This document shows, one piece after another, positions 8,209 through 16,630 of a DNA stretch of 23,863 bases (position 1 is its first letter; every line of letters begins with the position of its first letter). The DNA is from Chloroflexota bacterium. GTDB lineage: Bacteria > Chloroflexota > Dehalococcoidia > Lucifugimonadales > UBA3495. Made by a program: the position numbers and the translations under genes. The stretch covers positions 1-23,863 of the forward strand of contig JADFJS010000011.1 of NCBI GenBank assembly GCA_022566155.1, in the 5' to 3' direction. The notes under the pieces were generated by a model, which worked only from the letters and a program-made list of their open reading frames with translations, was not told where the DNA came from and did no database searches.

Positions 8209-8934
8209 TTGGTCCCCGCGGTACTGGTCGATTTCGACGATACCGCGGCAGAACAGAACGTAGCCAATCTGCTTCTGGAGCGATTTGGAGACCCATCCTG
8301 GCAGTCGGTTCGGGAACGGTTTCGCAGCGGCGAGTTAACTCTGAATGAATATCAGGAGATAACTTTCCGCAACATCCTGGCGGACCGGGCCATGATGCAG
8401 GATTATGTCAAGGAGCACGCCAACCTGCGGCCCTACTTCCACGATCTTTGGAGATACTGTGAAGCCAACCAGTTGCCCATGGCCATAGTCAGCCAGGGGC
8501 TGGACTTTTACATCCAGGCTTTGTTGGAAACGGAGGGGCTTCCCCAGATCCCGGTTTATTCCGTGAACACCAAGTTCACCCCGCAGGGCATCACCTATCA
8601 GTACTACCACACCTTCCCGGGACACGAGCGGGAGGGGAACTCGAAAGGGCTGGTGGTGGACGTTTACAAGAAGCGGGGACATTACATCATCTATGCCGGC
8701 GACGGAATTTCCGACCTGGAAGCCGCGCCCAAGGCCGACCTCCTTTTCGCCCACCGGACATTAGCCGAAGAGTGCCGGCGGAAGGAGATCCCGTTCCGTC
8801 CCTTCAAAGATTTCCAGGCTGTTCTGCTGGCCTTGCGCGAGGTACACCTGAACGGTAATCAGCCAACTTCGGGTGAGGAAGCCCAAGGGAAAGATGGTGA
8901 TAGTGCCGGTGGTGGTGAGGAGGCCCTTAGGTGA
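8209..8934 (+). CDS. HAD-superfamily subfamily IB phosphatase, MtnX-like (2-hydroxy-3-keto-5-methylthiopentenyl-1-phosphate phosphatase family)
   Basis: VLVDFDDT (HAD motif I), an internal cap domain, IYAGDGISDLEAA (motif IV), then ADLLFAHRTLAEECRRKEIPF. The architecture is collinear with B. subtilis MtnX. The track ORF starts at 8152, inside purE. TTG 8209 is 1 nt after the purE stop with a GGAG at 8198-8201. The stop TGA 8932-8934 overlaps the purB start GTG 8931 (GTGA). Confidence 0.7.
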   Translation: MVPAVLVDFDDTAAEQNVANLLLERFGDPSWQSVRERFRSGELTLNEYQEITFRNILADRAMMQDYVKEHANLRPYFHDLWRYCEANQLPMAIVSQGLDFYIQALLETEGLPQIPVYSVNTKFTPQGITYQYYHTFPGHEREGNSKGLVVDVYKKRGHYIIYAGDGISDLEAAPKADLLFAHRTLAEECRRKEIPFRPFKDFQAVLLALREVHLNGNQPTSGEEAQGKDGDSAGGGEEALR

Positions 8935-10289
8935 TCGATCGATATTCGCGGCCGGCGATGAAGCGTGTCTGGTCCGACGACTATAAATACGAAAAATGGC
9001 TTCTATTGGAGCTGGCGGTGTGCGAGGCATGGACCGAGGAAGGGGTCATCCCCCTGGAGGACATGGTCCTTCTTCGCAACGCCAAATACGATAGCCAGCT
9101 CATGCAAGAGATATTGGTCACCGTCCACCACGAGACCAACGCCTTCCTCTCTTCGATAACGAATGGATTGGGTCCGGAGGGACGTTGGCTGCACCTGGGT
9201 CTGACCTCGTCGGATAAGCTGGACACTGCCCTGGGGCTTCAGCTCATGGACGCCGGCAAGCTGCTGCTGGAGGACATGGATGATGCCATCTCGGCCTTGA
9301 AAACCCAGGCCGTCAAGCACAAAGACACGTTGATGATGGGCCGCACCCACGGCGTGCATGCCGAGCCCATAACCTTTGGGCTGAAGCTGGCCGTTTGGTG
9401 GGATGAGATGCGGCGCCAGCGCGCCCGGTTGGTTGAAGCCCTGGAAAGTGTTCGGGTTGGCAAGATCTCCGGCGCGGTGGGCACCCACGCGACTGTGCCG
9501 CCCAGTGTGGAAGAACGGGTCTGCCAACAGTTGGGCCTTCAGGTAGCGCTGGTGTCTAATCAGATAATCCAGCGGGACCGTTACGCCCACTTTGTACTCA
9601 CCCTGGCCCTCATCGCCGCATCGCTGGAGAAATTCGCCACCGAGTTGCGGGCGCTGCAACGCACGGAGATACGCGAGGTGGAAGAGCCCTTCGAAACCGG
9701 CCAAAAGGGCTCCTCCTCCATGCCCCACAAGCGGAATCCGGAGCTGGGCGAGCGCATCTGCGGCATGGCCCGGCTGATCCGTGGCTATAGCGTGACCGCG
9801 CTGGAAAATGTGGCCCTCTGGGGAGAGCGCGACATCAGCCACTCGTCCGCCGAGCGCATCATCCTGCCAGATTCCTGCCTGGCCCTGGACTACATGCTCA
9901 GTATCTTCACCCGCGTCATGAGCGGACTAAGGGTATACCCGGAGAGGATGTTGGCTAACATCGAGAGCAGCCGGGGGCTGGTATTTAGCCAGCGAGTGCT
10001 GCTGGCCATGATCGACAAAGGTATGGCCCGTGAGGCTGCCTACGAGTTGGTACAGCGGAACGCCATGCAGGCGTGGGACGAAAACGAGGACTTCCGCCAG
10101 CTCCTCAGGTCGGACACGGATGTTCTGGGCAGCTTGTCCACCGCCGAGCTGGATGAATTATTCGACTACGATTACTACACCCGATACGTTGACGACACCT
10201 TCGACAGGTTGGGCTTACTGCCGGCGAAGCGGGCAACCGTCAGCCATCAGGCGGCGCAGGTAGACCAACCGGCGCCGGTAGACCAATAG
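8931..10289 (+). CDS. purB: adenylosuccinate lyase
   Basis: MIDRYSRPAMKRVW (compare B. subtilis MIERYSREEMSNIW), a fumarate-lyase signature GSSSMPHKRNP, and an ADSL C-terminal domain. Confidence 0.95.
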   Translation: MIDRYSRPAMKRVWSDDYKYEKWLLLELAVCEAWTEEGVIPLEDMVLLRNAKYDSQLMQEILVTVHHETNAFLSSITNGLGPEGRWLHLGLTSSDKLDTALGLQLMDAGKLLLEDMDDAISALKTQAVKHKDTLMMGRTHGVHAEPITFGLKLAVWWDEMRRQRARLVEALESVRVGKISGAVGTHATVPPSVEERVCQQLGLQVALVSNQIIQRDRYAHFVLTLALIAASLEKFATELRALQRTEIREVEEPFETGQKGSSSMPHKRNPELGERICGMARLIRGYSVTALENVALWGERDISHSSAERIILPDSCLALDYMLSIFTRVMSGLRVYPERMLANIESSRGLVFSQRVLLAMIDKGMAREAAYELVQRNAMQAWDENEDFRQLLRSDTDVLGSLSTAELDELFDYDYYTRYVDDTFDRLGLLPAKRATVSHQAAQVDQPAPVDQ

Positions 10290-10366
10290 GTGGCCGGCCA
10301 GTAGATGGTGAAACCGGCGCCCATGATTACTGATCTCTTTACTATGCTACGCCACGGTGTTATCTG

Positions 10367-11272
10367 ATGCTGATTGAGACTCACCTTCCGGACCTGCTTC
10401 ACCGGGGTAAGGTGAGAGATACCTATGCTCTGGGCGATGACCGCTTGCTGATGGTGGCCACCGACCGGATCTCCGCCTTCGACGTCGTTCTTCCCACCGG
10501 CATACCCGAAAAGGGCATTGTCCTTAACCGGATGTCGGCGTTCTGGTTCAAGAAGACGGAGCACCTGATACCCAACCATTTCCTGTGCCTGGCCGACGGC
10601 CCGGACGCCGCCAGCTGGTCCGATGGCAGCGGGCTGCTGGAGACGCTTCCGGCCGAGGTCGCCAGCCGGGCCATGATCGTCAAGCGGGCCCAGAGGATCG
10701 ACATAGAGTGTATCGTGCGGGGATACATCACCGGTTCCGCTTGGGCGGAGTACCGCCGCCAAGGGACCGTGTCCGGTCAAGCCATGCCCGCCGGACTGGT
10801 GGAGGGCGATCTCTTTCCCGAGCCGATATTCACGCCTACTACCAAGGCGGAGGAAGGTCATGACCAGAACATGACCGGCCAGCAGGTTGTCGATATGGTT
10901 GGGACCACACTGGCCAGGCAGCTAGAGGAGGCAAGCAAGGAAGTCTACCTGTTTGCCCTCGACTTTGCCCGGGAGAAGGGTGTGATCCTGGCGGACACCA
11001 AGATGGAGTTCGGGCTGATTGATGACGAGCTGATCCTCATCGACGAGCTGTTGACCCCGGACTCCAGCCGGTTCTGGGACACAGCCGGCTATAAACCGGG
11101 ACAATCTCAACCCAGCTTCGACAAGCAGTTCGTGCGCGACTGGCTGACGGGCCAAGGCTGGGACCAGTCGCCACCGGCTCCGGACCTGGCCCCGGACATA
11201 GTGGCCAAGACCGGCCAAAGATACCTGGAAGCCTACCAACGGCTCACCGGGGTCAAACTCCACGAGAGGTAA
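10367..11272 (+). CDS. purC: phosphoribosylaminoimidazole-succinocarboxamide synthase (long form)
   Basis: GKVRDTY...LLMVATDRISAFD...LADTKMEFG...FVRDWL motifs of SAICAR synthetase. 301 aa, the long form. Confidence 0.95.
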   Translation: MLIETHLPDLLHRGKVRDTYALGDDRLLMVATDRISAFDVVLPTGIPEKGIVLNRMSAFWFKKTEHLIPNHFLCLADGPDAASWSDGSGLLETLPAEVASRAMIVKRAQRIDIECIVRGYITGSAWAEYRRQGTVSGQAMPAGLVEGDLFPEPIFTPTTKAEEGHDQNMTGQQVVDMVGTTLARQLEEASKEVYLFALDFAREKGVILADTKMEFGLIDDELILIDELLTPDSSRFWDTAGYKPGQSQPSFDKQFVRDWLTGQGWDQSPPAPDLAPDIVAKTGQRYLEAYQRLTGVKLHER

Positions 11273-11277
11273 TCGAG

Positions 11278-11931
11278 TTGCCTTTATCTAGACATCGGCG
11301 CCGCAGGGGCCGCGCCGCCTCCCGGGGGTCAAGAGCTAACGACAACCTGTCTTTAGCCAGGCCGCGCCGGAAAAAGATCAACAAAATCTATCTGATTGCC
11401 ACCATTACCATCGCCGTCTTGGTGATCGGCTCCTTCGGCCTTACCGCCATCCCATTTAGGGGTGGTGGCGGCCAAGGAAGCAGTCAGGATTATGTTGAAG
11501 GCATCGGTGTGCAACAAGACTTCTTAGGGGACACCCATGTGATCAGTGGGGAGATGGTGGAATATGCCTCCTTTCCTCCCACGTCCGGAAACCACTGGCC
11601 TCCGGGGGACCAGGCTAGTTGCGGCTTCTACGAAGACGGAGTGCGCGACGAGCGTGCCGTGCATAACCTGGAGCACGGCAACATCGTGGTAAGTTACAAC
11701 TTCACCAGCCCGGAGCTGGTGGACCAACTGAGGCAAGTAATGGACGGCATCGGCGTATCCAATATCTGGGGTATCACTCGGTCCTACGACAAAATACCCG
11801 AAGGCACGTTGGCGTTGGCCGCTTGGGGAGTCCTAGACACCATGGAAGGAATAGACCCGAACCGGATCCAGATATTCTTCGACATCTACGCCGGCAACCT
11901 GGGCCCTGAGACCGTCCCCTGTTTGACCTAG
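11278..11931 (+). CDS. DUF3105-family membrane-anchored protein
   Basis: Basic N-terminus, one TM helix (IYLIATITIAVLVIGSFGLTAI), then PPTSGNHW and HNLEHGNIVV motifs as in DUF3105. TTG start 5 nt after the purC stop. purS starts 9 nt after its stop. Confidence 0.65.
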   Translation: MPLSRHRRRRGRAASRGSRANDNLSLARPRRKKINKIYLIATITIAVLVIGSFGLTAIPFRGGGGQGSSQDYVEGIGVQQDFLGDTHVISGEMVEYASFPPTSGNHWPPGDQASCGFYEDGVRDERAVHNLEHGNIVVSYNFTSPELVDQLRQVMDGIGVSNIWGITRSYDKIPEGTLALAAWGVLDTMEGIDPNRIQIFFDIYAGNLGPETVPCLT

Positions 11932-11940
11932 TGAGCCGCC

Positions 11941-12222
11941 TTGTACCTGGCCAGAATCTACATCACCCTCAAACCCACGGTAAACGACCCCCAGGGCCGG
12001 ACGGTCCTGGGCAGCCTGCATAACCTGGGGTTTGCCGCCGTGACCGACGTCCGTGTTGGCAAGTACCTGGAAGTCCGGGTGGATGAAACGGACCCCGCCC
12101 GGGCCGAAGCGGCGGTCACCGAGATGTGTCAGAAACTGCTGGCCAACCCGGTCATAGAGCAGTTCCGCTTCGACCTGGAAGCCGAACCCCCAGTGGTCAA
12201 GATCCCCCCACCCTCTCTTTAA
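11941..12222 (+). CDS. purS: phosphoribosylformylglycinamidine synthase subunit PurS
   Basis: MYLARIYITLKPTVNDPQGRTVLGSL...VRVGKYLEV is the PurS fold signature. ~93 aa, TTG start. Confidence 0.85.
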   Translation: MYLARIYITLKPTVNDPQGRTVLGSLHNLGFAAVTDVRVGKYLEVRVDETDPARAEAAVTEMCQKLLANPVIEQFRFDLEAEPPVVKIPPPSL

Positions 12223-12293
12223 AAGTGGGGCACGCTGATTACCAACTACTGAATACTGACGACTGACCACTGAAAGCCTCCGGAGGCAAAACC

Positions 12294-13289
12294 ATGACCT
12301 CAAGCAATGAAAACACCTATGTGTACGCCGGCGCCGAATCCTGCGGACTTTACCGTTTGGCTCCCGGTTCCAGTCAATGGCAAGAACTCACCCATGGACT
12401 GCCCGATGATCCCGTGGTTCCGGGAGTGGCGTTGCACCCCAACAACCCGGAGGTGGTCTTCGCGGGCACCCAGGACGGTCCCTACCGCAGCACCGACCGT
12501 GGCGAGCACTGGGAGCGGCTGGACTATCCCCGCGGCGGCGCGCCGGTATGGTCTTTCTTATTCCGTCCCGGCGATCCCACCGTGATGTACCTGGGCACGG
12601 CGCCCGGCGAGATATACCGCAGCGTCAACAGCGGTGACTCCTGGCAGAAGCTCAGCGCCACCATGGGCTCAAATGAGTGTGCCATGGCCTTCCCAACCCG
12701 CGTTATCGCCCTGGCCGCCGACCCTAGCTACCCCGACGAGATGTACGCCGCCCTGGAGGTAGCCGGGGTGATTCGCAGCTCCGACGGTGGGGATACCTGG
12801 GATGAGATAACGGGCTCCCTGGCCCCCAGCCAGGATACCCTGGACCTACACGGCGTACAGTGCAGCGCCGCCTCTCCCCATACCGTGTTCATCACCACCC
12901 GCCAGGGGCCATTCATCGGGCCGGACCGGGGCAGGGAGTGGATACCGGTGGAATTCGGCCAGTTTTCCCCCATCACTTACACGCGAGACCTGCGGGTGGC
13001 GCCCCATGATCCCAACCTGCTTTACGTCACAATCGGAGCGGCGGCCCGCAGCGCCCAGGGGGCCTTGTACCGCAGCCGTGACCTGTTCCGTACATTTGAG
13101 CGAGTGGACCGGGGCATAAGCGCCAGCGCCACCATGATGGCCGTCGGCGTAGACCCAAGGGCGCCCGGCCACGTCTTCTGCGCCGCCCGCGACGGCCAGG
13201 TCTTCGGCAGCCTGGACAACGGCGACACCTGGACCACCTACCAGTTGCCGGAAAAAGCCAAGGAGATCCGGGGGCTGGCGGTAGGGTAG
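12294..13289 (+). CDS. BNR/Asp-box repeat protein (Ycf48-like / sialidase-like beta-propeller)
   Basis: Five SxDxGxTW-type boxes: STDRGEHW, SVNSGDSW, SSDGGDTW, GPDRGREW, SLDNGDTW. GGAGG Shine-Dalgarno 7 nt upstream. Confidence 0.75.
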   Translation: MTSSNENTYVYAGAESCGLYRLAPGSSQWQELTHGLPDDPVVPGVALHPNNPEVVFAGTQDGPYRSTDRGEHWERLDYPRGGAPVWSFLFRPGDPTVMYLGTAPGEIYRSVNSGDSWQKLSATMGSNECAMAFPTRVIALAADPSYPDEMYAALEVAGVIRSSDGGDTWDEITGSLAPSQDTLDLHGVQCSAASPHTVFITTRQGPFIGPDRGREWIPVEFGQFSPITYTRDLRVAPHDPNLLYVTIGAAARSAQGALYRSRDLFRTFERVDRGISASATMMAVGVDPRAPGHVFCAARDGQVFGSLDNGDTWTTYQLPEKAKEIRGLAVG

Positions 13290-13609
13290 CGGCGCTCGCG
13301 GACCCCATAGGCAACCGGGGTATTGCGGCTCATCCTTGGGCAATGGCGTCGCGTGTGTCGTTCCGGCGAAAGCCGAAATCCAGAGACGTAGGCTTCTATG
13401 GGACGTTCGCCCAAACTGCGGCGTTCGCCCAGACAAGGAAATCCGCGCCTATCCGCCGTAGGCAGACGGCCTACGCCGGAACGACGAGGGAAGTTCGCCG
13501 GGGGCACAGCCGCGACGCTCACTATTTCAATCGCCAGATTCGGATCAGCACGAATGGGAGCGCATCCGCCTGCATTCAAGCCGCTGCGGCCGGCGGCGCA
13601 TCCCCGGCG

Positions 13610-13638
13610 TTGACAGTAACAAGTGCCCCCACTACACT
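13610..13638 (+). promoter_or_regulatory. sigma70-like promoter TTGACA-N17-TACACT for gene A
   Basis: Consensus -35 at 13610-13615, a 17-nt spacer and TACACT at 13633-13638. It lies inside the track's extended ORF 13343.., which argues that extension is not coding. Confidence 0.5.
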
Positions 13639-13705
13639 CGTATTTAGCCCTTTGATTGACCAATACCGTGCAGCGTCCCGGGACGTTGCGGCGGGAGACG
13701 TTGTG

Positions 13706-16207
13706 ATGCCAAGCTGCCCAGCGTGTCAAACAGAGGTGCAGGCGGACTCGAGGTTCTGCCCCGAATGCGGCCACGCCCTGTCTGCCCCGCCTGCCGGCGC
13801 CGCACAGCCGGCGCAACCGTTTCCGCCTGCCCAGGCCGGGAAGCCGGAAGCAACTTCTTTGCCTGCCGAGGCCGAGGAGTCGGCTGAAAGATACCTGCCT
13901 GCCGACGTGCTGGCCCGGCGGATTCAGCCCCGGGAGATGCAGGGCCTCTTCTCCAAGACCCTGGTCATCGAGGAGGGTTATGAGGCGCTCCTCTTGCTGG
14001 GAGGAAGGCTGGACACCACCCTGACGCCTGGGAAGCACTCCATGGGGAATTTTCTATCTTCCCGGACCAGGGACACAACCGTCGTCCTGTTCCGAACCTC
14101 CGACGCGACCCTGAACACCTCCATCGAGCGGGTGTTCACCTCCGATCCGCTGCCCCTGAGCCTGGATTTGCGCATGGTCCTGAAGATCGAGCAGCCCTTG
14201 CGCCTCTGGAGCAACCTGGCGTTGGGCGCCGACTCCTACTCCACGCGCAACCTGGCCGCCGCCCTCTATCCTCTGGCTGAAGAAGGGTGCGAATATTTTT
14301 TCAAGTCTCGCAAGATGCGGGACCTGGACGCCAATCAGAGCACGCGCCAGGAGATAGAACTTGCTTTGGCCTCTCATCTGGAACAGCCCCTGTCCCGGTG
14401 GGGGCTGCGGCTAGTGTCCGCGCAGGCACTGGGGTTAAGGAGCGAGGCCTGGGACGAAATCAGCAAGTCCCGCATAGAGTACGCGGTGTCTGCCTCCCGG
14501 GAGGAGGCCGCACTGGAAGGACGCAAACGTCTCTTCGACGTCCACCAGGAATCGGACATACAAACCATGGCCGAGGAGACATTGGAAGTAGCCGGCGTGG
14601 AGAAGAGGGTAGCCCTCTGGGAACGCATGCGCCAAGCCCTGCTGTCCAATGCCAAGGGCGAGATTCAGTCCCAGGCGGAACTGGAGGACGTGGTCCGCCA
14701 GGCGGATCGGGACCTGCTCCTTAAAGATGATGAACACCAGTCCTTGATTAAGGCCATGTCCGAAGCCGGGGAGGACCATGAGAAGGCCCGCGCCTTCGTT
14801 CTGCGGCGGGTTGAGGCCGAGGGCGAGCACGAGCTGCAGAAACTGGACCTGTGGCACCAATACGGATTGGGCCAGGAGCGGCTGAATTGGGAGATATCCA
14901 CGGCGCGCCAGGAGATGGAGGGCCGCTGGGAGCTGGAGCTTCGGCGCCTGGACCTGCAGATAACCGGACAGCAGAGAGAAGCGGATTTTCGCCGCCAGCA
15001 GGAGGAAGCAGACCAGGATACCGCGCGCAGCAGGCAGTTGGAGAACGCCAGGACCACCGCGGCCATTGGCGACATAGAGCGGGACCAGGACCAGAAAGAC
15101 GCCGATCTCGGCATGAACCTATACAACCAGTACCGGGCTGCTCGGCGGGAGGATGAGATTGCCCGCCGACAGGCCGAGATCGATGCAGAGGAGAGAAGGC
15201 AGAACTTGACCCTGCAGGCGGAGAGCCAGCGGGTGGAGCTACGCCTGAGGGAATCGCAGCAGCAGCACCGTAGCGAGTTGGAGCGCATCGATGCCCTGTC
15301 CAACTTAGGGATCGAGACCCTGATCGCCGTATCTGGAGCCGAGCAGAGCCAGATGCTGGCCCAACTGGCCCGCACCCGTGCGCTGTCCGGCTGCTCTCCT
15401 GAGCAGATCCTGGCCATGCAGGCCCACGAGAGCCCCCAGGTAGCCGACGCCCTCAAGGAGATGCTCACCGCCACGGCCGCTTCCGGCCAGCTGGAGCAGT
15501 ATGAACGTTTGGTGACCGAGCTCAAGGATAGCGCCAGAATGAGCCGGGAGGACTACCAGCAGAACATGGTCACCATGAACCAGATGTTCAATAAAGCCCT
15601 GGACAGCGTCAAGGATACTGCCGTGGCTTTCAGCTCCGTCCCGGCAACCGTCGCCGCGCCACCACCGCCGGACCTGAGGTCCCACACCGCCCCGGATGGT
15701 ACCGTCACCCTGCTATTCAGCGATATCGAGGGCTCCACCGCCATGTTCGACAGGCTGGGCGACCTGCGTGCCCAGGAGGTCCTTCATATCCACAACGACA
15801 TCTTCCGCCAGAGGTTAGAGTCCTTCGACGGCCATGAGGTCAAGTCCATGGGCGACGGTTTCATGCTGGCATTCTCCAGCGCCCGAGACGGGATCCAGTG
15901 CTCCATCGCGGTCCAACGGGCCTTCGCCGCCCACAATAGCCAGGAAGCAAACGAGCCAATCATGGTGCGCATGGGTCTCCACACCGGAGAAGCCATAAAG
16001 GAGAATCAGGACTATTTCGGCAGGAACGTGATCCTGGCGGCGCGTATCTCGGCCAAAGGCAAAGGCGGGGAGATCCTGGTGTCTTCACTGGTCAAGGAGT
16101 TGACCGAAAGCGCGGGGGACATACCTTTCGACGAAGGACGTGACGTGGAGCTTAAAGGACTGGCCGGTGTCACCCGCATCTACCCGGTACACTGGGAAAA
16201 GCCCTGA
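13706..16207 (+). CDS. Multidomain protein A: double zinc ribbon + SPFH/band-7 domain + flotillin-like coiled coil + class III adenylate cyclase
   Basis: ATG 13706 follows a GGGAG at 8 nt. N-terminus MPSCPACQTEVQADSRFCPECGH (two CxxC pairs), then a P/A-rich linker. SPFH N-terminal strands LVIEEGYEALLLLGGRLDTTLTPGKH. An E/R/Q-rich coiled coil of about 400 aa. C-terminal cyclase homology domain (CHD, class III nucleotidyl cyclase): LLFSDIEGSTAMFDRLGD, VKSMGDGFMLAF, QDYFGRNVILAARISA. No TM segment. The track's earlier start (13343) gives an R-rich low-complexity extension that contains the promoter. Confidence 0.8.
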   Translation: MPSCPACQTEVQADSRFCPECGHALSAPPAGAAQPAQPFPPAQAGKPEATSLPAEAEESAERYLPADVLARRIQPREMQGLFSKTLVIEEGYEALLLLGGRLDTTLTPGKHSMGNFLSSRTRDTTVVLFRTSDATLNTSIERVFTSDPLPLSLDLRMVLKIEQPLRLWSNLALGADSYSTRNLAAALYPLAEEGCEYFFKSRKMRDLDANQSTRQEIELALASHLEQPLSRWGLRLVSAQALGLRSEAWDEISKSRIEYAVSASREEAALEGRKRLFDVHQESDIQTMAEETLEVAGVEKRVALWERMRQALLSNAKGEIQSQAELEDVVRQADRDLLLKDDEHQSLIKAMSEAGEDHEKARAFVLRRVEAEGEHELQKLDLWHQYGLGQERLNWEISTARQEMEGRWELELRRLDLQITGQQREADFRRQQEEADQDTARSRQLENARTTAAIGDIERDQDQKDADLGMNLYNQYRAARREDEIARRQAEIDAEERRQNLTLQAESQRVELRLRESQQQHRSELERIDALSNLGIETLIAVSGAEQSQMLAQLARTRALSGCSPEQILAMQAHESPQVADALKEMLTATAASGQLEQYERLVTELKDSARMSREDYQQNMVTMNQMFNKALDSVKDTAVAFSSVPATVAAPPPPDLRSHTAPDGTVTLLFSDIEGSTAMFDRLGDLRAQEVLHIHNDIFRQRLESFDGHEVKSMGDGFMLAFSSARDGIQCSIAVQRAFAAHNSQEANEPIMVRMGLHTGEAIKENQDYFGRNVILAARISAKGKGGEILVSSLVKELTESAGDIPFDEGRDVELKGLAGVTRIYPVHWEKP
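15697..16195 (+). other. class III nucleotidyl (adenylate) cyclase catalytic domain within gene A
   Basis: Metal-binding Asp residues (FSDIEGST, GDGFM), substrate Lys (VKSMGD) and Asp (QDYFG), and transition-state Asn/Arg (GRNVILAAR). Confidence 0.75.
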
Positions 16208-16630
16208 CCGGATACCACCGGGTCCAGCAATGCGCCGAGTGTAAGGAGCAACATAGTCACTGCTGCAACGGCCAACGTCCGACCATATCGCCCGCCAGTG
16301 TTCGGCTTGCTTAATAGAAAATCATCTGCTAGCATTTTGTGGTGGTGAACCAGGAATGCGCCGGATAACCGATTAAAAATCACGCATCCTGGACTTTCTC
16401 GATGAAGATTGAACCAATGAGGCAAAGAGGCTCGGTAGCTGCCTCCTGGCAGGAAACCCGGAGACTTACTCTGATCCGGTAGGATCTTACACCGTTCCCT
16501 GTCGAAACCAAGCCCGGCCAGTGACTGGAAATGTTTCCATTGCCGGACCAGCCTAGTTCAGCGCCGATACCGGCCAACGGCAATAGTAATCACCCAATCT
16601 CAGCAAGGACGGCCAGCAAGGAGGTGCGAT

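Noticed and set aside
13343-13705. Track ORF extends gene A upstream to 13343 (MASRVSFRRKPKSR...).
   Set aside because: The extension is Arg/Ala low-complexity and contains a consensus TTGACA-N17-TACACT promoter. ATG 13706 has a proper GGGAG Shine-Dalgarno and begins exactly at the zinc-ribbon domain.
14665-15525. 286-aa Ser/Arg-rich minus-strand ORF, plus 14435..14860(-), 15305..15685(-), 17393..18139(-), 19551..20268(-), 20917..22113(-) and 22820..23803(-).
   Set aside because: Antisense to the coiled-coil genes A/B/C and to the PPC-repeat gene. Their low-complexity compositions mirror the GAG/CGC/CAG-rich sense codons.
16180-16425. 81-aa minus-strand ORF in the A-B spacer.
   Set aside because: It overlaps the 3' end of gene A on the opposite strand. 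It has no Shine-Dalgarno, no recognisable motifs and mixed composition, so it is likely spurious.
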